From contig NC_058373.1 of the NCBI RefSeq assembly GCF_018350175.1, forward strand, positions 111,478,001-111,542,000: a stretch of 64,000 bases of DNA, in the 5' to 3' direction. Below are positions 50,707-63,703 of this stretch, in pieces. Every line of letters begins with the position of its first letter. The stretch's first letter is position 1. The position numbers and the translations under genes are program-made. This DNA comes from Felis catus. Lineage: Eukaryota. The notes beneath the pieces were generated by a model. It was not told where the DNA came from and ran no database searches. It was given only the letters and a program-made list of their open reading frames with translations.

Positions 50707-51734
50707 CAAAAGTTTGTGTGAATAAGGATGTCCTCATTTTTAACTCTTGTCTCTTAATCTTTGAACTGTTATGCATGTTGCATGTGAGTTATTAACATGC
50801 TCTTAATTCAGTGTCCAATTATTGAATCATTCTTATGTTTTTGTTTACTTTAAGTCTTTATATACTTACTTTATACCTTTGATTTCCTCTTGTTTTATAC
50901 TTGTTACACCGTGTTCACCTATTCCATATTTTCATCGGTCTGCTTTCTTGAAGCAGCTTATATTTAGAACTGAAATGGGTTTTATGAGTAAGAGTGAATA
51001 TATTTAGAAAGAATAGTCTGGTGTGAGTTTCTCAGATTTGGATTTGAACCTCTAGTATACTACTTACTAACTGATCTTAAAAAAGATTTACAGTCTTTCT
51101 GATCTTCAGGTTTTTCACTTGTAGAATGGCAGTAACAGTCTCTATTTTGAAGTATTGTTAAGCTTTTAATGAGATTTAAAAGCTTATGCAGAAGACCTCC
51201 TTTGTATTAGTAGTTCATCAATAAATAGTAATTTTAGCTAATGGTAGTTGATAATCTAGTTTTAGTTAATGGTAGTTAATAATCTAAAAAGTGCATGACC
51301 TTATATACTTATTGTAGAACTCAGAATACTTGTTTCCATTGTTTTTAATAGAAAGAATTTTCTTATGTCACATATTTAGCACAATGGATTGAAATTCAGA
51401 AACCTACATGTTCTTTAGAGTAACTCTTCACCTTGAGAAAATTATTTAACCTCTGTGGGCCTAGAATCAAAACTATGGAGAAAGTTGATTGGGATAGATG
51501 ATAACATTTGATGGATCTGTCTTTGCAGAGATAAAATAGTTAAATACACTAGGTTAAGTGGAAGCATAGAATGGGCTTTATTCCTAATAATTTGGTTCTC
51601 ATTACTGAATTATATGTATGCTTTTAGAAGTGGGAATTATAACTCCCCATCTTAAGCTTTATTTAAAATGTAGGAATTTTAGTTATTGATTATCACTGCC
51701 TAAAAGGTCTCTATGGAAGAATGGATCATTCTTT

Positions 51735-51839
51735 TTTTTTTTTAATTTTTTTTTAACGTTTATTTATTTTTGGGACAGAGAGAGACAGAGCATGAACTGG
51801 GGAGGGGCAGAGAGAGAGGGAGGCCACCCAGGCGCCCCC
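51735..51839 (-). mobile_element. Internally deleted young SINE
   Basis: Both termini present; TSD AGAATGGATCATTCTTT at 51718 and 51840. Confidence 0.95.
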
Positions 51840-51954
51840 AGAATGGATCATTCTTTGAGAATGGTGTCACATAAGAAAAATACTAAAATCTTAACTCAAT
51901 TGAAAAAATTTAAACTTTGTGTTTGAATTATTTTCCATATATTAATGCTTTAGA

Positions 51955-52175
51955 GGAGTGCCTGGGTGGCTCAGTCAGTTAAGCATCCGACCTCAGCTCA
52001 GGTCATGATCTCACGGTTGGTGAGTTTAAGCCCCGCATTGGGTGAGCTCGAGGCCTGCTCCAGGTGAGCTTGAACTCCAGACCGGTTTCTGCATTTTCTC
52101 TCCTTCTATGTCTCCCTTTCTCTCTCTCTCCCTCTCCACCTCATGGGATTCTCTGTCACTGTCTCTCACTCACAT

Positions 52176-52212
<37 letters not shown>

Positions 52213-52232
52213 AACTAAATGAATAAAAAAAT
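51955..52232 (+). mobile_element. CanSINE variant with a reiterated GGTGAGCTYGA (B-box-like) motif and a long (CT)n
   Basis: Standard head, then gggtgagctcgagg...aggtgagcttgaac. Confidence 0.85.
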
Positions 52233-53949
52233 TTATAAATTCTGTAGAGACAAAGTGAATTTTAAAATGTATGAATATTTGAGTTTAGGGCTGGATTAAA
52301 CATTCTTTACATATTATCCTTTATTGTTTTATCCTGGTATTATGGAATATTTGATAATAGTTCCAAGCTCTTCTTGATAATTGAAGATAATAATAGCAAG
52401 AAATATGGCTATAGTCATCAATTTCAGTGTCACCTGATTTATATAGATGGTACATAATTTAGTAGTTGTTTGGAAAACAACTTTCTGGGCTCTTACACTT
52501 CTTTTGGGAAGACTTTTATTTCATTGTGAAGATGTTTGCTTTATTTTTGAGATTGTCATATTGACATTTTATAATTCATTCATTTAAAATCATGAAAAAA
52601 TGGTTGTTAGTTTCAGAGATTAATATTCTAGACAAAGCTGTCTGAAGAGTAAATATAAAAAGATTTTGACATAGTGAGTTTGTGAATTACAATGGCTAGA
52701 AGAAAGTATAGTATAAAATAGCACACTGCTTTTCTTGTTGTTGCTGGTTCAAATAAGTTTGATTTTAATCTAGTGGTTCTTTTAAACTGTGCAAAAGGTG
52801 TTGCTTGTCAGAGATGTTTCGCATCAGAAATGGCGTAAGAGACTCTAATAAGGTTTAGAGAGAAACTGAGGTTACCCTAATAAATACAGAATGCTAAATC
52901 TGCAAATAAATAAAGACAAAAGGGACATTCAGAAGTACAGTTTAATATTAATTCTCATTTGTATTCATTAGCACTTCAAAAATATTGTCTTTCTTACCAC
53001 ATGATATGTACAGAGGCTAAGTGACTTAGTCATTTTTCTGCAAGTCAGTGGCAGAAGCAGAAATAGGATCTTCCAAGGAATTATGAAATTGTATCTAATT
53101 TTCAGTATACTGCCAACACTGTCATTTTTTATACCTTTTCAAGTTTCTCTTCTTTTAAATATTTACACAGGACATTATGTTGTTACTAGCCTACCAATAA
53201 TAACCAAAATACCCTCTTTCATATTACAATTACTTCTGCTAATTGTAATCAGAGGTTCCCATATACCAATATTAGAAATGGCCATTTGAATCATTACATC
53301 TTCAAATTATATGGATACACCTGTATAAGCATATAAGGGCTATGTTTAATATTTATTGAGCTCAACTATAGTAACAGCTTATAATCTGTATAAATAAATA
53401 CAAATGGCACATTTGACACAAGTTTGCTATGATCAGTACTTGTGTTTTATGTGGGTCATGGATCTATGGGAAGAAACCACATGCTGTAAGATTAGCTTAA
53501 GTTCCCGATTTGGTCAATCATACATAAGCTTATTAGAAGTGGTGTGGCCACATGGAGTAGGAATAGTTGTAATATGTCTAAATGTAGCTTCCCTTGGCCC
53601 TTTAGAGTCCCTGATGGTCCCATAAACTGCCTGTGCAATTGTCTACACAAGGTATTGTCTTGCTAGCTCTAAGTCTATTTGCTGTTAATACTGTAATCCT
53701 TTTATACCTGGAACTAATGTCACCTTTTTGGAAGAATATATACAAATAATCTATGCATTTCCATTCAAGGGTATATGTACGCTTTAAGATCTTAGACGTT
53801 CTTGGCCACACCTAACATCAGTAAAACCCTATTCTGATCCTTGAGAATAAAACAAAATTCATTTCAAGATATCTTCAATAATAAATATGACTCTGGCTTC
53901 CCAGCATTTTGGAGAGTACATCTCCCTACAGTACTGTTAGCGTTACATA

Positions 53950-53953
<4 letters not shown>

Positions 53954-53989
<36 letters not shown>

Positions 53990-53990
53990 C
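53954..53990. repeat. (CA)n microsatellite
   Basis: Seen directly. Confidence 0.95.
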
Positions 53991-54719
53991 ACGTGCGCAC
54001 ACGCATACATAGAAGATTGGTTGCAAAGTAACCTAAGCCAGTTGATTGATCATTATTATTTTATTTTTGATAGCTATTGGTATCTTCCCCAAACTAGAGG
54101 TCAGTGTATGCATGTGCAAAAACAGTCACACAACCTATTCTGTAACTCTCGTGAAGTCCATGCTCTCTAACCTTTTAGGTGTTCTAGCAATGTCTTGTGT
54201 AAAAAGTTCTCTCAAGGCAGTTGTGGCATTATTCTAATTCCTGAATTTGGCCAGTCTTCTCTTCAGGTATCAGAGAATATCTGAATCAGCCTCTGGATAC
54301 TGTGTGGTTTTGGAACCTAAGCCTAACACACCATCCCAAAGATTATAGATTACTGGGTTTACTAGATTTTTACATGTTGTTCACAAAGTGCTTCTACAGT
54401 TAACATTTTCATGTATATTAAATTAATGTTATATAACAATGAAATAATATTTCTTGAGTCTTTTTAGCTAATAAACTTTCATTGGAAATAAAGTTGGCTG
54501 AAGAGCTTAATATTACTGTTTCCTTTGGGATATTGGCTTTTCTCCCCAGATTTATGGGGATATAATTGACACATAACATTATGAAAGTTTAAGGTTATTG
54601 TGAAATGTTTACCACAATAAGGTTAGTTACTTAATTACCCATGTCTATGTATGTATGTGTATGTGGTGAGAACTCTTAAGATCTCTTTTAGCAACTTCCA
54701 AGTATACAATACAGTATTA

Positions 54720-54925
54720 TTGTTTTATTTTTCAAATCTTTATTTTTGAGAGAGGGAGGGAGAGTTGCAGAGAGAGAGAGAGAGAGAGAGAGACATAGAA
54801 TCTGAAGCAGCCTCCAGGCTCTGAGCTGTCAGCACAGAGCCCAGCGTGGGGTTCAAACTCCCAGATGGTGAGATCATGACCTGAGCTGAAGTCGGATGCT
54901 TGACTGACTGAGCCATCCAGGCACT
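54720..54925 (-). mobile_element. CanSINE within L1
   Basis: SINE body with (GA)n. Confidence 0.92.
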
Positions 54926-57425
54926 GCTATGGTTTCAGTTCTGAAGTCTTTACTCCATTTTGAGTTACCTTTGTTAGTGATGTATGATAAGGATTCAACT
55001 TAATTGTTCTGTATGTGGTTATTCAGTTTCCCCAGCACCGTTTATTGAAGAGACTGTCTTTTCTTCATTGAGTAATCTTGGCTCCCTTATCAAAAAAGCA
55101 GTTGACTAAACATGTGAGCATTTTTTTCTGGGCTCTTGATTCTTTTACATTGGTCTCTGTTTTTATGCAAGTACCATACTGTTTGGATTACTATAGCTTT
55201 GCAGTATAGTGGGAAATAAACCTGTGATTCCTCCAACTTTATTCTTCCTTAAGATAGTTTTGACTATTCAGCAACTTTTGTGGTTCCATACGAATTTTAG
55301 GATTGTTTTTCTATTTCTGTGAAAAATGCAATTGGAATTTTGTTGGGGATTGCATTGAACCTGTAGATTGCTTTGGGTAATATGGACATTTTAACAATAA
55401 TAATCTCTTCATCTGTGAACATGGGATATCTTTCCATTTATGTCTTCTTCCATTTCTTGCATTAGAGTCTTGGTGTACAGATCTTTCACTTCTTTGGTTA
55501 AATCTATTCCTAAGTATTTTATTGTTCTGATGCTGTTGTGAATGGAATTTCTAAGAAAAATTTTCACGTTTTGTGGTTAGTGTATAGAAACAACTGATTT
55601 TTGTATGTTTATTTTGTATCCTGCTATTTTACTAAATTTGGTAATTGGTTTTAAAACAGTTTAAAAACTGTTTTTTTTAGTGGAGGCTTTAGGATTTTAT
55701 ATCTACAAGATCCTGTCATCTGCAAACAAAAACAAGTTTACTTTTTCCTTTCTGATTTGGATGCCTTTTATTTCGTTTTCTTACCTAATTGCTCTGGCTA
55801 GTACTTCCCCTACTATGTTGAACAGGAGTAGTGAGAGTGGGCATCCCTTTGCTTCTCGCTGATCTTACAGGAAAAGCTTTCAACCCTTCACCATTAAGTG
55901 TGATGTTTGCTATGAGTTTTTCATATGTAGCTTTTAATATGTTGAGATATGTTTCTTATGCACCCATTTTTTTCGTGTTTTTTTATATGAAAGGATGTTA
56001 TATTTTGTCAAATACTTTTCTGAATTTATTGAGATAATCATATGATTTTTGTCTTTCATTCTATTAATATGGTATATCACACTTAATGATTTGCATATGT
56101 TGAAGTATCCTTGCATCCTGGGGATATGCTGCTTGTTCATGGTTGTGATCCCTTTAATATGCTCTTGGATTAGATTTGCTTATATTGAGAAATTTTTTAT
56201 CCAAATTCATTAATCTGTAGTTTTCTTCTTGTAGAATCCTTTCTTGGATTTGGACTTAGGGCACTGCTGGCCTCATAAAATGAGTTTAGGAGTAATCTCT
56301 CCCCCTTTATTTTTTGAAAGTTTAAGAAGGATTGGCATTAATTCTTCAAACCTTTGGTAGAATTCATCAGTGAAACAATCTGGTCCTGGGCTCTTCTTTG
56401 TTGGCAGGTTTTTGATTACTGATTCAGCCTCCTGACTTGTAACTGGTCTTTTTAGATTTACTGTTTCTTCATTATTCAATTTTGTTAGGTTGAATGTTTG
56501 CAGGAATTTAAGTATTCTAGGTTATTCCATTTGTGTTGGCATTTTATTGATACTAGTAGTCTTAAGATCCTTTGAGTTTCTGTGGTATCAGTTGTAATTT
56601 CTCTTACTTCATTTATAATTTTATTTGTTTGATCCTTTCTTTATCCTAGTCTGGCTAAAGATTTGTCAATTTTGTCTTTTCAAAATATCAGCACCTAATT
56701 TCATTAATATTTTCTGTAATTTTTCTGATCTCTATTACATTGATTTCTGCTCTATTATTTCCTTTCTTCTGCCAACTTTGGGCTTAGTTTGTTCTTTTTT
56801 GTTTACTTGCAGTGTAAAGTTAGATTGTTTATAGCAGATATTTCTTTTTTCTTAATTAATTTCTAGTTTCATATCATTGTTATCAGAAAAGATACTTTGT
56901 ATGATTTCAGTGTTCTTTTTTTGTGACCTGTTCTAATCTACTCTGGAGAATGTTCCATGTGCACTTGAAAGCTATGTGTATTCTGCTGCTGTTGGATGTA
57001 ATATTCTGTATGTGTCTGGTCCTTTTTGTCAAAAAAGTGGTTCAAATGCAGTGTTTCCTTATTGATTTTCTGAATGAATGATTTGTTCATTGTTCAAAAT
57101 AAGGCATTAAAGTAGTCTACTGTTATTGTATTGTTGCCTGTTTCTTCCTTCATTTCTGTTAGTATTTGCTTAATGTGTTTTGGTTCTCTGATGTTGGGTG
57201 CCTGTATATTTACATTGCTTAGTGGATTGATCCCTTTATCATTTATAATTACCTTCTTTGTCTCTTTTAAAAGTCTTTGGATTATAATCTATTTTGTCTG
57301 ATATAAATATAGCTATCCTTACTCTCTTTTGGTTTCTACTTGCATGGAATATTTTTTCCATCCTTTCATTTTGAGCCTCTTTATGTCCTTAAAGCAGTGA
57401 GTCTCTTGTAGGCAGCAGGTAGCTA

Positions 57426-57645
57426 TTTTTTTTTTAATTTTTAATGTTTATTTATTTATTGAGAGGGAGGGAGACCAAGTATGAGCAGGGGAAGGGCAGA
57501 GAGAGAGGGAGACACAGAATCTGAAGCAAGCTCCAGGCTCTGAGCTATCAGCACAGAGCCCGACATGGGGCTTAAACTCACGAAACATGAGATCGTGACC
57601 TGAGCTGAAGTTGGAGGTTGAATATATTGATCCTCCCAGGCATGA
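57426..57645 (-). mobile_element. CanSINE within L1, degenerate head
   Basis: SINE body motifs. Confidence 0.9.
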
Positions 57646-57769
57646 CTGGGTTTTGTTTCTTTATCCATCTAGTCACTCTATGTTTTTTGATTGGAGAATT
57701 TAGTACATTTACACTTAGAGTAATTATTGATATTTAAGGAGTTACTAATGCCACCTTATTAACTGTATG

Positions 57770-57940
57770 GGCCAAAACATTAAAGAGGAGGGAACGCTCT
57801 CAAACTAATTTTATGAGGCCAGCATTACCCTGATACCAAAAGTATTACCCTGAAGGACTCTACAAAAAAAGAAAACTAGAGACCAGCATCCCTGATGAAT
57901 ATACAAAAATTATCAGCAACAAAATATAAGCCAATCTTGA
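57770..57940 (+). mobile_element. Short L1 ORF2 internal fragment in the opposite orientation
   Basis: ttttatgaggccagcattaccctgataccaaa ([11 protein letters not shown]). Confidence 0.8.
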
Positions 57941-58356
57941 AGGGCTTATTCCCTAATAAAATATTTTATTACTCCTTACATGTAGATTAGAACACACATA
58001 CACCAGTACACACAAATACTTTCACTACATACACCATTTGCTAAGGTATTCTAAAGTTTATTACTGACATTGTAGTATAGTTATGTAGAGACTGATAAAT
58101 CTATTGTTGATCATCCTTTAAGGGAAGTTACATTTGGTGTTCATTTTATTTTGGTTTCTGTTACATTTCTAGTAATGTGTATATAGAGACCACTGCATCA
58201 GAACAGATGTCATGCCTGATCTAATTCATTTAAAGGAAATCAGGTTTTGTAGAAATAATAAATTAGGCAAATGGTTTTTTTAATGACCATGTATCTTAAC
58301 TATGGAATACAATATTATATGGTAGAACAATCATCTTTAAAGGGATAATCTGTAAT

Positions 58357-58418
58357 CAGGTAAGAAACCTTAAGTTAGATGAGCATTCAGGTAAGAAACC
58401 TTAAGTTAGATGAGCATT
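58357..58418. repeat. Perfect 31-bp tandem duplication
   Basis: CAGGTAAGAAACCTTAAGTTAGATGAGCATT twice. Confidence 0.97.
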
Positions 58419-59466
58419 TAGTACTAGTCTAGCAAGTGAAAACAAGCAGGCATGTGCTAACTGAATTATGGGTTGTATTAATGTTCAAAGATATAACAGA
58501 CTTAATTTAAATATTTGAAACTTATGTATTTAGAAAACAAGGCAAATAAATTGTATCTTACGTTCAAAGCTTAAACCCAAAGAGAATGCTGTTTCTGATA
58601 TATGCTCTATGCATGTATAAATGTTCATATATTCATACTCTCCTCCCTTCCCCTGTGTTTTCTCTGTCCATTGAGGTTCTGTCCATTTTTCAGGGCCTCT
58701 GACCAATAAGCTGCTTCCTAAAGACTTTCCTCAATTTCCTTCTTGCTTAAAATTATCTCTTATAATACTTGTTGGAACCTCTCAGGTATTTTACTTGTTT
58801 TTATCTTAACCTCTTTAGTGCTAACTACCTTGAGAGTAGGGGCTATTTCATTCATCTTTGTATCTTCCACAGTATTGAACAGAGTGCCTCCTAGAGAGTA
58901 AGTTTTGAGTATATTTTTAGGAATGCATTTACTTAGAGTTTTAATACCAAAATATCCCAGAGAAATTCATTGTAAGGATGTTTCTTATTTCATCCTGATT
59001 AATCTGATTGGTTTTTATTTACTAATTTTTTTGGTTTTGAATCCAAACTGCTTCAAGGGAAGATTCTTGGAATTAATTCGGGAAGCATCTTGACTTTTTC
59101 TATGGAGTATTTGGACTTTAGGAAAATTATATCCATATCTTTATATCAAAGTGTAAAAATTGGCAGGACTGATGGTAATTATAGGAGGATGGATATTTAA
59201 AGGGCATGCCATGTAGGTTGCTATTGTGCATCTTTTCTCTTTACTGAATCCTGTTTCCCCCTCCCCAAATATCCAGTCACTAGGAAAGAAGATATTAGGC
59301 TAGACTAACATCACTAGGCTAGGAGATGCTTCTTTTAGTTTAACTGCTAAGGTTATTAATGATGTTTAAAATTTAAAAGCTTTGTGAGATCATGGTTTGC
59401 TCTTGCAGTTGATGAATGTTTTTGTAACTTTATAAGTTAGAAACAGGATGGTTTACATACTGTACT

Positions 59467-59677
59467 TAATTTTTTTTAATGTTTATTTTATATTTGAGAG
59501 AGAGTGTGTGTGCCAGTGGGGGAGGGGCAGAGAGATAGGGAGACACAGAATCTGAAGCAGACTCCAGGCACTGAGCTGTCAACACAGAGCCCGGCGAGGG
59601 GCTTGAATTCACAAAGCGGGAGATCATGACCTGAGCCAAAGTTTGATGCTCAACCAACTGAGCCACCCAGGCGCCCC
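59467..59677 (-). mobile_element. CanSINE
   Basis: Full body ending gagccacccaggcgcccc. Confidence 0.93.
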
Positions 59678-59863
59678 AATACATGTTATGTCTAATGTAA
59701 AGGAAAAGTTGAAAATAATTTTATCATACTCTGTGTTCTTCATCTAAGCAAATTTATTTTTCTTTTTGATATAAAAAAAAAATTGGAAGAGTGATGCTAT
59801 ATTGGTTTATAAATAGACTGTTTTCATTCAACCACTCCCAAACAGTGCTTTTCAAAGTGTGGT

Positions 59864-60020
59864 TGGTATTTATTTATTTATTTCAAGTATAATTAACATG
59901 TAGTGTTGTATTATTTTCAGGTATACAATATAATGATTCAGCAATTCTATACATTACTCAACACTCATCAGGATAAGTGTACTCTTAAACTTATATCACC
60001 GATTCCCCCATTTTCCCCTG
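59864..60020 (-). mobile_element. Short L1 3' terminal insertion with TSD
   Basis: Flanked by CAAAGTGTGGT at 59853 and 60021. Confidence 0.8.
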
Positions 60021-60067
60021 CAAAGTGTGGTCATTTGACAGTAGCATAAAATTACTTGGGAACTTCT

Positions 60068-60298
60068 CTTCTTTTTTTTCTTAAATTTTTTAATGTTTAT
60101 TTATTATTGAGAGGGAGAGAGACACACAGAGTATGAGCAGGGGAGGAGCAGAGAGAGGGGGAGACACAGAATCTGAAGCAGGCTCCATGCTCTGAGCTGT
60201 CAGCACAGAGCCCAACATGGGGCTCGAACTCACAAACTGTAAGATCCTGACCTGAGCCGAAGTCGGTCACTCTACCAACTGAGCCACCCAGGCGCCCC
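60068..60298 (-). mobile_element. CanSINE nested in the MER5A-like element
   Basis: TSD GGGAACTTCT. Confidence 0.94.
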
Positions 60299-60439
60299 TG
60301 GGGAACTTCTTACAAATCCAATTGCTCAGCGCCCTTCCCCCGCCCCACCCCCGGCCTGTTGAATCACAAACTCTAGAGATGTGGCTAAGTAATTTATTTT
60401 AACAAACTGTCTAGATGGATCTGATGTATACCTTTAATA

Positions 60440-60637
60440 CATACAGTTAATAAGATGGCATTAGTAAGTCCTTACTTATAAATAATTACTCTCAGTGTAA
60501 ATGTATTGAACTCTCCAGGCAAAAGACGGAGTGACTAGATGGTTGAAAAGACAAAACTCAACTATATGCCACTTACAAGAGACCACTTCAGCTTTAAGGA
60601 CACACATAGGCTCAAAGTAAAGGGATGGAAAAAGATT
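60440..60637 (+). mobile_element. L1 ORF2-start fragment without a poly-A tail
   Basis: atggcattagtaagtccttac...ataggctcaaagtaaagggatggaaaaagat. Confidence 0.85.
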
Positions 60638-61260
60638 AAGAACCACTGCCTTAAAGTATAAAAAATTTGATATTTAAATCGTGATGGAGAAAATGTGTAA
60701 CAGAAAAAGAGATAGTTAACTACCAATGAATTATTTTTGGGAGTTTATCATGACCAATTGGTCTCAGACACCTGGCAGAGTTTACTAGTGTAATAAATAT
60801 TCACATCTTGTTCCCCTTAAATGTAGAACTTCATACAATATGATGGAGGTGAAGTTCATATTAGCTCGAAAGCACTTATTGGGAACCTTCTATTTATTCA
60901 TTTTAGGAAGATTGCTGCTTTTGCAAGATTTATATTGACTCACTTATGCAGCCAAAGCTTTTATTAACAGCAAGAGCCTTGAAAGGAGAATGTGAATAAA
61001 ATATTGCTGTACTTGTTTATGTTAAAGAATATAAACCAACATGTATAGGTTTCAGGTTATCTATTCCAGCCTTGTTTTCCAATTAAAACTTATTAGGATT
61101 GTTTTTCATAATTCATCTATGTGTGCTATGTGAGTTGGTATGTTTTCTTATTAATAGATGTCAATCATTTTTACCTTTTTTGTTCTACCCATTTTTTCTT
61201 CCTTGAATGATGCCATTATTGCCAAATCAGCAAGAAGATACTTATTTATGAGTTTTTTGC

Positions 61261-61474
61261 TTTTTAAAAAAAACGTTTAATTTTTTATTTTGAGATAGAG
61301 AGTGAGCGAACATGAGTGGGGGTGGCCAGAGAGAGGGAGAGAGAGAATCCCAAGCAGGCTCCACACTGTCAACACAGAGCCTGACAAGGGGCTTGATCCC
61401 ATGAACTATGAGATCATGACCTGAGGTGAAATCAAGAGTGGGAGTCTCACCCAACTAAGCCACACAGGTCCCCC
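61261..61474 (-). mobile_element. CanSINE
   Basis: Full body; degenerate TSD. Confidence 0.9.
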
Positions 61475-62175
61475 AAGTTCTTTGTTTTCTAACAGGACTT
61501 TTGCATATTTACACAAAAATTTGGTTAAAGAAAGATATGTGTTGATATTTGGACAGATTTTTATTTTCTGAGTCTTGAGATTTTTATTTTCTGAGATTTT
61601 TATTTTCTGAGTCAAAATACAGCTTATTTTGTGCATTACTTCTGGCTGAGGCCATTAGAATCCCATTGCTGTAACTGTAAGTCAGGGAGTTGAATGTGCC
61701 TTTGAGGTGTAGGAAATAGGACGATGTACTTGAGTGTACTTTGCTCCACAGAGGCATAGCTTGAGAGGAGCATAAATGTCAGAATGGTCACTTTAACCAG
61801 ATTTTTTCTTCTATCCAATTTAAATTTAATATTTAAAGTTATGAATACTCATTTTTGGTTGCATATCCATATTTTATTCATGATGAACACATATGATTTC
61901 TTTCATTTTGAATTTATGGGTTTTTTTTTTCTGGAAATTTTATGCTTTTCTGAAATATTTTGACATAAAACGTACTTCATTATTTTTGGATAGATTTATA
62001 GTAATGTTGGTATTTCATGATCTCTGCTTACTTCATTAACCTTTATTCTCAGTATTCCTAATTTACATTCTAAACTTCTGCTTTATTGAGCAATTTACAG
62101 TTCTCCAGAAGCACCATGCTTCCTGCCTCTGTTCCCTTTGCACATTTTACTATTTTGATGAGTCAGCCCCATCTT

Positions 62176-62400
62176 TGTTTTATTTTATTTTATTTTTATT
62201 TTTTAATGTTTATTTATTTTTGAGAGAGACAGAGTGCGAGCACGGGAGGAGCAGAGTGAGAGGGAGACACAGAATCCAAAGCAGGCTCCAGGCTCTGAGC
62301 TGTCAGCACGGAGCCTGACATGGGGCTCGAACTCACCAACCGTGAGATCATGACCTGAGCTGAAGTCGGATGCTTAACTGACTGAGCCACCCAGGTGCCC
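62176..62400 (-). mobile_element. CanSINE
   Basis: TSD CAGCCCCATC(T/G)TT. Confidence 0.94.
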
Positions 62401-62974
62401 CAGCCCCCATCGTTCCTAAGCATTTTTAGTGGGTCCTACTGGTCCGCTAAGACTCAACCCAAGCTTGTACTCTGAGAATCCTTTCCCGATTCCACTCAGT
62501 TTTCCGTGTGGGAGTGTGTTCTCCTGGTACCTGTGGCTAACTCTAGTCATTTTACTTACCCCAGCATAATAAAGCTTTTTACAGTTGTTTCTTCAACTGA
62601 ATCTTACGTATCTTGAGGGAGTGGACCATATCTTACTCAGCTCTGTATTATAGTGCCTACTTCAGAAGTTGGTCCCTTTAATAAAATGCCCTACAAATGA
62701 ATGAGTGAATGAGCAAGTAAATGAACGTGACTGATTTGGGGAGCATTTGTATCTGACTAAAAATCATTCCTATATTCTTAGCTAGTAACTGTCATCTTAG
62801 ACATGTTTATCATGCCTATTGTATCTTTGATCCCCTGTATTACCTTGGACATAGTGCATGTTGTATAAGTTAATTGGAATTTAGGATGATATTTTGTATA
62901 AATCATACAATAGACATATTTATTTGTAGATATAATAATTTTATGATTGAAGGTTAGCATACTTAGGTACCGTC

Positions 62975-63007
<33 letters not shown>

Positions 63008-63429
63008 TGTTGATCTGCCTTTTACCCCTTTGGTAAAAGTATTCCTTTTACATATTTGGGCTCCATTTAGGGCTGTGGGTTCCTTTGTATTGTGGATTTT
63101 TTTTGTGTTTATGATGTACATGGAGAATTCTTGTCAGTAATTACATAGTAGTTCCTTCTGAAATTTAGTATTCTCATGTCATTGTGGAAGATATTAACCA
63201 TAATATTTTTTGTAGGTCAGGTAACTATGATAGCCATCACTGTGAAAAAATATAAAAACCTACACTGCTCTTTATAACCAACAGGAAGACTTAATAAAGC
63301 TTTGACAAATGGCTTATAGACTCTAGACAATAGAAGTTATATTGAATTATTTGGATTGCTGAACATAATAAGCATAAAAGAGAAAGGAGAACGCTGAGTC
63401 AAATGTAATGCATTCAGCATCTATAATAA

Positions 63430-63703
63430 CTTTTTTTAAACGTTTATTTATGTTGAGAGAGCACGCAAGTATGTGCAAGTGGGGGAGGGGCAGAGAGTGA
63501 GCACAATAACTTTTCAAATTATTTTTAATGTTTATCTTTGAGAGAGAGAGAAAGGGGTGAGGGGCAGAGGAGGGGGGCAGAGGATCTGAAGTGGACTCTG
63601 TGCTGACAGCAGAGAGCCCGTTGAGGGGCTTGAACTCATGAACCGTGAGATCATGACCTGAGCTGAAGTTGGACGTTTAACTGACTGAGCCACCCAGGTG
63701 CCC
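63430..63703 (-). mobile_element. Truncated SINE tail (63430-63501) next to a full CanSINE (63513-63703)
   Basis: The AATAACTT / AGTAACTT target motif appears three times. Confidence 0.88.

Larger units (their letters stand above)
54545..57769 (-). mobile_element. Older L1 (L1MA-like): 3' terminus plus most of ORF2 back to its start; internal deletion near the SINE at 54.7-54.9 kb
   Basis: [22 protein letters not shown] and [11 protein letters not shown] motifs; ORF2 start region at about 57755. Confidence 0.88.
59842..60650. mobile_element. MER5A-like hAT-Charlie element split by three insertions (L1 3' end, SINE, L1 ORF2-start fragment)
   Basis: Ends cagtgcttttcaaagtgtgg ... taagaaccactg; internal gaatcacaaactctagag...ttttaacaa motif. 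Confidence 0.7.

Noticed and set aside
33419..62423. Recurrent MAQ..VK..TSAQVMIS..LEPASDSVSPSLS ORF family
   Set aside because: Incidental reading frames through CanSINE bodies, not a protein family.
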